DNA of 61,510 nt, counting the filler, from Dugesia japonica (Eukaryota), in the NCBI GenBank assembly GCA_001938525.1. It is 4 parts of 4 records of this genome, joined end to end, with 100 filler letters (N's around TTAATTAATTAA, not from the genome) between each part and the next. Parts side by side here need not be neighbours in the genome. Positions count along the whole stretch, not along the records: positions 30,156 to 52,860 come from MQRL01624238.1; positions 52,961 to 61,510 come from MQRL01613593.1; 2 more parts are not named here. The stretch is one strand, 5' to 3'. The stretch's first letter is position 1. Each line of letters starts with the position of its first letter. The notes under the pieces were generated by a model. The model saw only the letters and a program-made list of their open reading frames with translations. It was not told the origin of the DNA and ran no database searches. Made by a program: the position numbers and the translations under genes. Shown here one piece after another: positions 52,081 through 61,510 of this stretch.

Positions 52081-52710
52081 ATCTTTAACAAATTCGACAT
52101 TGATGCCAAATTGTATTTTAGCATCACGTAGCTCCTCTATTGCTCTGTTTAGTTCCGCAATCAATGAATCGGGTAAAATTATTTCCTTCGTATTCTATGT
52201 TGATATCAATCACCACATTGTTTATCGATCCACCGACAATACATTCATCTGTCACTTCATCCAAATAAACAACGTGATTATCTTCTCCATCGTCCGTCTT
52301 TGCATCATACTCGTACAACACTTCAAAATTGTTTCAATCTTCTACGTCATTCTCTTCTTCACTATCTTCAATTATAATAACATCCATAATTTCTTCACTA
52401 TCCTCAATTAATATCGGTATCTCTTCATCATCTTCAATCAATATTGGTTCCTCTTGCTTTGGTTCCCCATCTTCAATAATTATTGTTTCCTCTTCATTCG
52501 ATTTAATTTTCTTTGATGCAGGACCTGGTATTTCATTACTTAATATTATTTTTAATAGTGTTTTCTTATTTTTAGTAAACTGTGCAAGGTGGTCTGCATG
52601 CAAGCTATACAATCTTTTATATTTTCCTTATTCTATAGACCGACAAGTCGGACATATGTAGTACTTTTTCCCATAAACCTTTTGCCCATAATAGATTTTC
52701 ATTATTTTAT
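52080..52710 (-). pseudogene. Acidic, zinc-finger-like ORF upstream of pPolB
   Basis: YICPTC...HADH; repeated I(L/I)IED units. Confidence 0.5.
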
Positions 52711-52860
52711 GGCAACCACTTTCATGGGAAGAATTAGAGCAGTAGGTTTTGTAAGTCAAACATTGTTCTAAAATTAATTTAACTCTTTAATATTTAGTAT
52801 CATAATAATATTTAATATTTTATTACTTTTATTAATTTAAATATTATTGATTAAAAAAAA

Positions 52861-52960
52861 NNNNNNNNNNNNNNNNNNNNNNNNNNNNNNNNNNNNNNNN
52901 NNNNTTAATTAATTAANNNNNNNNNNNNNNNNNNNNNNNNNNNNNNNNNNNNNNNNNNNN
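52861..52960. other. Artificial contig linker
   Basis: N-TTAATTAATTAA-N, 100 bp. Confidence 0.9.
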
Positions 52961-53819
52961 TATTTCAAAAAAAATTTTTCCCAAAACAACAACATTTAAG
53001 GGTTATCAATTTTATGTCCAGATTTTATATTTACATGATATTTACGAGAAGTCATTAACAAATTTCTTTGGAAATATATCTTACGTTTAAGTTATTAGTT
53101 CAATTATATTATTGGTGTATTATTCATTCGTCATAAAACCTACAAGATTATTATATAACGATCGTTGTATAAATTTATATTATAAATAAATATTTCTCGA
53201 ATATATTTCATTTGTAGTTTATGAAAAAAACTATTTCTAAAATATTGATATAGTTAATATTGTTGATCTCTTTCATCTGCATTTAAAAAAAAGCCAAATT
53301 AATCTATTACAGAGATGTGATAAACGAAAAATATATTTTACATAGAAAAATATAGAAATATTATAAACATAATGAATTTTCTTTTTAAATAATTCGATTA
53401 ATAATAAATTATCATGATATTAAAGATAATTTTTATTTATTTAATAATTATTTATTTATTAATTTATTATATAATTTAGATTTGATGTAAAAATAGAACA
53501 ATTCNNNAAAAAAAAACGTTTTCATTTGAATAGCTCATTTCTTCAAAAGAAATATATATTTCAACAAATTTATTGTTGTCAGTAAATAATAAAAAAAAAC
53601 AATTCTAACGGTTTTGTAAATATTTATATTCTTTAAAAATGTAAGTTATTAATGTAATAACAGCACTTAATTAAGCAAAAATTCTTTCATAAATATGTCA
53701 AACCTGAATATATTATATCAATAAAATTGCTATTCTTAAGTCTTACTAATTTCATACATACAAATCCAAAATAATATAAATACAAATTTTGTAAAATTAA
53801 TAATAAAAATAACAACAAT

Positions 53820-53820
<1 letters not shown>

Positions 53821-53881
<61 letters not shown>

Positions 53882-54050
53882 NNNNNNNNNNNNNNNNNNN
53901 NNNNNNNNNNNNNNNNNNNNNNNNNNNNNNNNNNNNNNNNNNNNNNNNNNNNNNNNNNNNNNNNNNNNNNNNNNNNNNNNNNNNNNNNNATAATAATGAT
54001 AGTACTGTTAATGATAATGATAATAGTAATAATAATAACAATAATAATAT
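53821..54050. repeat. (AAT)n microsatellite
   Basis: Direct read. Confidence 0.95.
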
Positions 54051-54439
54051 TGATTTTAAGAGAAATTTATGACAATGTCTAATGGACATGTCATATTTGA
54101 CAAGTTAATTGAAACGTTTCAACACTCACTCAAGATTCATTATTCATAAAGCCACATTTAATCAAAATGCCGCAAAATTGCTATATCTAAATGAAACAAT
54201 GAAATTTATCAACATCCTGAAATTTTAAAGTAAAGTATTTTTTAAACATTTGTTTTCATATTTTTATAAATACAATATTTCAATGTAAATACTTTAAATT
54301 GACGTATTTAATTTCTTTAACACTTAATATATTTACAAAGTAGCTTTTCATTAAAAGTTTTCATTTGAAAATTTATAAATTTATATAATTAGGTTTAGTG
54401 TTCTTAAGGTTATTTTTAAAAATAGTAACGTTTTATTAT

Positions 54440-54563
54440 TATTTATATAATTATTATTATTAATATTATTATTATTATTATTATTATCATTATTATATGA
54501 AAATAAAATCCAACTTTCTAGCATAAAAATTATTGAAATTATTTAATAATAATTATAATACTG

Positions 54564-54637
<74 letters not shown>

Positions 54638-54687
54638 NNNNNNNNNNNNNNNNNNNNNNNNNNNNNNNNNNNNNNNNNNNNNNNNNN

Positions 54688-54752
<65 letters not shown>
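54440..54752. repeat. Compound (ATT)n/(ACT)n/(AAT)n microsatellite
   Basis: Direct read. Confidence 0.95.
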
Positions 54753-54753
<1 letters not shown>

Positions 54754-56894
54754 TATATATAAGAATAGTCTTATTTTTAGCTTAAATGGAATTTTAAGTA
54801 TTACTTGTTAGTTATAAAAAGACAAAAAATTAAAAATATGTTTCGCAATATTTTTAAATTGTTATATAATCGTTTACTATTAGCTCAAATGAATTTTGTA
54901 TAATGAATTAATTTTTTTGATCATTAAAACTAAATAAATTTGACCATTATCAAACATCAAAACAACAGGTTGAGTTTTTTTGATGTTCTGTCATTCACTG
55001 GTTTATTTGCGTGTACCATATAAGAAAATACATTGGTTCATTCAGTAGTTATTATTGAAAAAAATAATTAAATGTATTTATTATAACTTAAAAAAATTAT
55101 AATTCTTTTCACATAAGAAACATTCGTAAATTTTGGCAACGAATATTTGATTATTAAACTAAAGGTTGAATATTTTTAAATTATTTTATGTTTTTAATGA
55201 AATTAAAAGACCACCATTTAATAAAATATTTATTTGCAATATTATTATTAATAATCATCAAGCAAAAAAATCATTTAATTTACTACTTAAAAAGTTTAAA
55301 TAATTAAGAACCTTCAATTATGCAATATCAATAATAATCAATAAAATCATTTTAAAAGCAGTATTAAATCCGCCAATTGAAATTATTATTAGGATTTATT
55401 GTCCTTATCAACAAGTCTTCTATCTAAATAATTATTATCTATTATTATTACTGCACAAGACTTTAAATTCAGAAAACCCCATTGAGTTTATACATTTTTT
55501 TTGATGTTCAGCAATATTACTATTTACACTTTTTTGACTATACTGTTGGACTTTGGTGCAGAAATGACGGCAGTCTATCACATGTATGAGGCGTTAAACG
55601 CATTACACAATATTAAAGGAGTTATAGATTTATTATTGAACATATTTATATGATGTGAAATGTATTGTTATCTATATCTTATTTACATTTTTTATATTGT
55701 TTTCTTGTTTCACATAGGTTGACAGTTCTTTATCTCTAGAAAACATTATATATTAATTAAATTATTATTTATTATTAATTAATTACTTTAATATTTAAAT
55801 TAAATTAAAATAAATAAATGTTGTTACAAGTTAGTAGAATTATAACCAAATAATTACAATTAAATTATTTTGTATTTTATTTTTGTTTTTGTAATAATTC
55901 ACTACTAAGTTAGTCATTCATTTGTTAAAAATCAATAAAGTTAATTAGCATAAATAATTATGTATTTAATTAAAATTTTAGAATTGTTTTAAGAATTCAA
56001 TTTTTCTTATAAATATTACTAAATTAAGTATAGATAAGATTCAGATATATTAGGATTAAATTTCCTTTTATTAAATCTACAGCGAATTAGCTTTTTTATT
56101 GAAAACTACAGTTGATATATATATCAATCATTTGCTTTGAGTATTTCCTGACAAATGAATGAAATTTACAATTTTTATTGTATTTTAAACATATTTAATA
56201 AACAAACTAAAATGCACAATTGAAACAAACTAATTCTCAATACCTTTAGAATTTTAATCTTTTTTAAATCACTGCAATAGTTTTTTTTTAACATATTTTT
56301 TTAAATATTACAAATTTAACTTTCAAAGAGAGAAAAAATTAAAAGTTTACAATTAAACCAAATTTCTCGTATTATTCAGTTTTATTTCATTAAATTATTA
56401 GTTAACAAAATAATCGCGTTGCATGAATTTATTTAATTATTTTTTGTTCATTGTTTTTAATTATTAAATAATCAATAGATTAGCGTATTTTGATTTCAGT
56501 TAATTTAAACAAATAAATATTACGATTTTTACTAATATTTTCAAATTGATACTATTAATTAATTATAAAAAACAAATTCTGTCAGTTTTCATTCTTCATT
56601 GATTTGATTTGTACTACTTCCTAGCTCATATGCACAATCGACTAATTTTCATAGAATCATCACTGATAAATCATCAAACACTGAAATGTCTTAATTGAAT
56701 TATAAATTTTATAACATTTTTTTTTGTTTTAATTAATTCAGTATATGACTGAAATAATTCATAAATTATTATGAATTTATTTTCATTTATTAAAATAACT
56801 TAAAAGTAGTTAATAATTTTTTGTTTTAAATAAATGAAACTATTATTGTTTTAATATATACATTTTTAAAATATTTTTGTTTTGCATATTTTTA

Positions 56895-57670
56895 TTACTA
56901 GGTTACCTAGAAAGGTCGTTCGGTTTTTGTATATACATATCATAAATAAGCATAAGTGCGTGTATAAATATTTAAATGTCATAAAGGTAATATATCGAAA
57001 ATTTATATTTAGATTTTATAAAAAGGAATTGACCACTTTTTTTAAAATTCAAAATATTCGTTGATTCAGATATAATTTGAGCATTTGTGCTTTTGAAGTT
57101 CAAGCTCAAGTCCAAAATCGCAGAGACATTTCGTAGGATATGTCTAGCCTTTGGAAATAATGTCCTAACAGAAAGACATACACAAAAGTAGTTTTTAACA
57201 TTCATGAAAGTCAATGAATTTCTTGAAAATGGGCCATGTTCCAGGACACCATCAAAGATCAATGAAAATCATTTACTAGAAATTATTAAAAAGCATTCAA
57301 GTTTAATATGTGGAAAGTTATGTGAAAGCAATGAAATATTTACTCATTTGTATGTATTGGCAAAATTATGTTAGCTAAGTAAGATATTTCTCTAATTGAC
57401 CTCCACACCTTTTGTCCCGAGACAATATTATCAATTAAAAGGTGTTCAAAAACGGAAAAAAGATTGAATTGGATGTCTGACGTTTTTCGTTTCAAAAGAT
57501 TCGAAATTCTACAAAAAGGGATTTGTAAACTATTATCTCGTTGGAAAAATTTGGTAGAATGTAAACGAGATTATTTAATGAATGAACTTTTATTTGCTTT
57601 TATTTTTTATCATTCTTATTTGACTTCATTATTTAAGTTTAAATCCAAACGAACTTTCTTTCATTGCTTC
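56895..57670 (+). mobile_element. Internally deleted mariner element
   Basis: AETFRRICLAFGNNVLTER HTH; C-terminal KGICKLLSRWKNLVECKRDY; degenerate TIRs GAAAG.TCGTT.GG. Confidence 0.75.
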
Positions 57671-57673
57671 ATA

Positions 57674-58144
57674 GATGGGTGGCCAACCCAAATGATCTTG
57701 TGGGCTACTCTGGAAATACATCATGACTTTGCGTGCCGCAAATCATATTATAACCCAATGTTAGATTTAGACTCACTATAGACATTTTTTTCGAGTGAAA
57801 AATTGTAACATAAAGAGTTATTTTTCTTGTGTTTACTAATATTCTTACATGTATGCATAGATAATATAATAATGATGATTTTTAACACACATATAATTCA
57901 ATCTTATAATTACAATTATTTTAATAAAAAGGCTTAACTTAAAAGAAATTATTCTCAATTTAAATGATTTTGCTGGATTATAATGAAATTCTTAGTTCGT
58001 ATGATTTTAATGAACATATGACGGTTTATTACACGTTGGTTTTCACTACTTTGACTACTATAAGATAAATATATTTTACAAAAGTGTGATGAATCTTGCA
58101 GGCCATCAAAATATTCAAGAAGGGCCTCGTGGTGGCCACCCATG
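57674..58144. mobile_element. hAT MITE
   Basis: ATGGGTGGCCA...TGGCCACCCAT; partial TSD GCTTCATA/GCTTAAAT. Confidence 0.6.
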
Positions 58145-58984
58145 GCTTAAATTATTTATTTTTTAATTTTTAATATTAAACAATTTGTAAACATATTTCA
58201 TTAAATATCGATATAATTTATATAAAAAAAGGCAATTAATAAATCAAATTATATTTTCATAAAATTAATAACTTGAGAAAATTTTCATTTAATCTTCTTA
58301 ATTTCATTTTGCTTTTAACACATTTTATAAAAGTAGTTTAATATTAAGATAAACTCAATTATTATATTAATTAATGTCAACAATTAAAACGATATTGATA
58401 AAATGCATTTGAAAAAAAAGATGAAAATATATGCAATTAATATTAATGCATAATTAAAAACGTACTTAATTAAAGGTTATGCCTTACTGACTTGTTTGAA
58501 AATAAAGATGCTTGAAGAGAAGAAAGTTGAGAAATTGGTATTGATATATAAATAATAATACATTATTAAACATACTCAATTATACAAGAGAAAATTGTCG
58601 TGAAATAAATTTTTCATTCTGATTATTAAACTTTATTAATATAGCATGTTGATAGAACGATAAAATTTTTGAACAGTTAAACATTATAATGAATGGTTGA
58701 CAATAATACAACTTATTTATATAAATTTTTAATTATCTATTAGCGGTATTTTAAAACGTTTTTTTCAACTCAATTTAAAATAAAACAGTTGTAAAAAAAT
58801 ATTCTATAAATACCAAGCAATATATAGTAGCGGAATAGTGAAGTACCATATTAACCCATTGCTTCCTTACGTAATGAAATTAGTATGAAAATTTACCATG
58901 TATTTAGGAAGCGATTATATTTTGTGTGTGATTACATAACTTTGGCTAAATTTGTAAGTGTGAATATTTCAAATGATTTTAGAT

Positions 58985-59640
58985 TGGATAACACATTGGA
59001 TAGTGATGATTTATGGTAAATGGATTTGATGGAGATGATACGTTATTCAAGAATTAATAAAAGATAAAACTATATATTCATATATGTTGATATATTTAGT
59101 AAATTTGCCAGAATTGTACCTATTAAAAAAAAATCTGCTATTGAAATGGATTCTGTAATCTGGGTAATGTCCAAAACTGCGCATCCAGATAATTTACAAT
59201 TGGAAAGTCAAGAATATTATTTCACATCTCAAAATCAATAATTATTATGTATTCTTGTAATACAAAGCGGACTATGTAGATAGATTTAATCAAAAATTAA
59301 GAAATGGAATGAAAAACTACATTGTACATATTGACAGCATGTATTACCAAATTTAATTTGATAGTTATAATCATTCAAGTCACAAGGCATTAAATTAATC
59401 AAGATCCTTTGGTAATATAATAAAATTATGGTTATTCAGACAACAATTAAAAGCAATTAAGAAACCCAATTATAAAGTTGGTGATCTTGTTAGAATATCA
59501 CAAATATCTGCTTAATCATTCTTGAAGAATTTCAATAGTATTTCGAGATATGAAGTGTTTTGACAAGAATCAATGCTAAGCATAACTCAATCATGTATGT
59601 GATTGAAGATTATGAAATCGATTTGATTGGAGAATCATGA
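58985..59640 (+). pseudogene. Polinton-type integrase relic
   Basis: DDLW*MDL; VDIFSKFARIVPIKKKS; DRFNQKL; SYNHSSH; YKVGDLVRIS. Confidence 0.8.
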
Positions 59641-61510
59641 ATATGATAAAGTTGATCAGATAGAAATCAGAAATCCAATGTGTCTACCAGTTTACACTTA
59701 ATGCCGTCGATCCATTCAATTTATAGAGGCAATTGGTTTTGATTTTTTAATATAAATTAATATAATTATTTTTAGATTACCAATCCAGCTCAAATAATTT
59801 ACCAAAAACTGTAATAATGGTTTAAAGTAAAATAATGTTTTATTATTATAATGTTTTATAATATATTATTAATATATTATATTATTATAATGTTTTATAA
59901 ATAATGTTTTATTGATAGATTTTTTCGATTTATGATTATTTGAGTAAATTATAACTGTAAATAGTAGATAATTGAATTTTTAAAATTAAAATAACATTTA
60001 AAACACATGCAATTAATTTCCAACATAAAATAAATTAATAATTGTTAATTAAAAACTTTCATCTCTTAAAATTTATTATTTTCAAAAATAAAACTTTAAA
60101 CTAAAATTTAAAAACTTAAATTTTTAAACTTATTTTATTTTCTTTCAAACTTTTTATTATTTAAACTTATCTGTTATTATTATTATATTTTTAATTATTA
60201 TATTCATTATATATAAATATAAATTGAATAATAAAATATTTAAAACTAAAGATAAAAAAATGTTAAATAAACTGATAAATTAGAGTTCGAAAACTATTTC
60301 CTTTCATCAAACATAGAATTAAAATTTAAAAACAAGGAAACGAAATTAAAAGATTTTATTTCATTAGTATTTCCATTTCAGGTCAAAGTGAAATATAATA
60401 CAAGGAAGCAATTAGTTAATTACAAATTTTTAAAATTTTAAACATAAGCAAATGATCTTTTAATTCATGAGTAAGAAGCCGATAATTCATTATTTTAATA
60501 ATTTATAAGAACAAAAACAAGTTGTCGTGTATTAATATTATTTTCATTTATTTAATATAAATAAATATTCTAGCTTGATAATTATTAAAGTTGATTGATA
60601 AATCTCTTAAATTAATAATTATTTGGCGCTGATTGTTAAACAATATTTATTTAATATTTATTAAACAAATAATTTGGTTTTTAAGCAAGCAATACAAAAG
60701 CACGCATAAATAAATTGCTTGAAATAAGATACAGTATCTATATAAAATTGAGGATTCATTCTACAGTTGTTAAAATATACGAATTTATCGTTTTTAAGTA
60801 AATTACACCATTTTAAACAAGAAATAATTTTTTATTTAAAAAACTTATTTAACAAGAAAACATCAAAACAGCTGTTCTTTTATTTTCAATATTTCGGCAT
60901 AGCCTTCACAAAAAATATTGTTCAGTAAATTCTTATTACAAACTTTGAAATAAAGATTTTAATTGTAATATAAAATTAAGTGAAGATTTTTTCGGTTAAT
61001 TGCTACATTATGATAAATCTATTTTTTAAAATAAAACCATTGATCTGCAAGAAATAAACTCGTTTTAAACAATACATTATTTTTTTTTGAAAAATTTCAA
61101 ATAATTACACCAGCTTCTATTAACAAAAAAGGCCAAATTATCGAAAATAATATGTAGTAATTATAAAAAATTCAATAATAAAGAAAGATTTAACAGAGAA
61201 ATTATATTTTGTATTTTGCTTTCATCATGGAAAATTTCCACTTTATTTTATTAAATTTTTATTGATTTTCTATTTTATCAATTTTTTTGTTTAAAATAAT
61301 TAAATTATTTCTCACCTTATTCAATAAAGAAAAGAAAACAACCATCTATTATGAAATCAAAAAAATCAAAGCTGAACCATAGGATAATATAAAATTAGGG
61401 TAATCGCCATATGTTTTTGGAATAACCTTTTTACTCAATGAAACGACACAAACGGTTCTACATTAAAATACATGTTTTCTCTATATAAAAATTATTTATT
61501 TATTTTTTTT

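Noticed and set aside
53736-54811. Poly-I/L/N/T ORFs
   Set aside because: Trinucleotide microsatellite translations
58851-59740. piggyBac-like TTAA|CCC TIRs around the integrase relic
   Set aside because: Only an imperfect ~13-bp match and no right-hand TTAA

Overview
Very AT-rich, gap-containing eukaryotic (invertebrate-like, possibly flatworm; inference only) DNA. Three 100-bp N/TTAATTAATTAA/N linkers (11001-11100, 30056-30155, 52861-52960) show that it is stitched from contigs. Only two apparently intact cellular-type genes are visible: a BHLHE22/23 (Olig/Beta3-family) bHLH gene and an intronless double-RING ORF. The rest is nested mobile DNA. (1) A Penelope-like retroelement (RT + GIY-YIG) is split by a 3.7-kb TGTTGG...CCAACA insertion with a 4-bp TSD. 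The insertion has no recognisable pol/transposase but carries a cassette of small minus-strand genes, one of them spliced and regulator-like. (2) There are remnants of at least two Polinton/Maverick (adintovirus-like) families. One is a fully delimited 6.66-kb element with a 6-bp TSD, self-complementary TIRs, pPolB, ATPase, integrase, a parvovirus-type PLA2, an adenovirus pX-like ORF and a major capsid gene. (3) A dispersed repeat with a hammerhead-ribozyme-like core recurs in inverted pairs. (4) hAT, MULE/FLYWCH and mariner/Tc1 relics and MITEs are also present. All calls come from manual motif reading, with no database searches.
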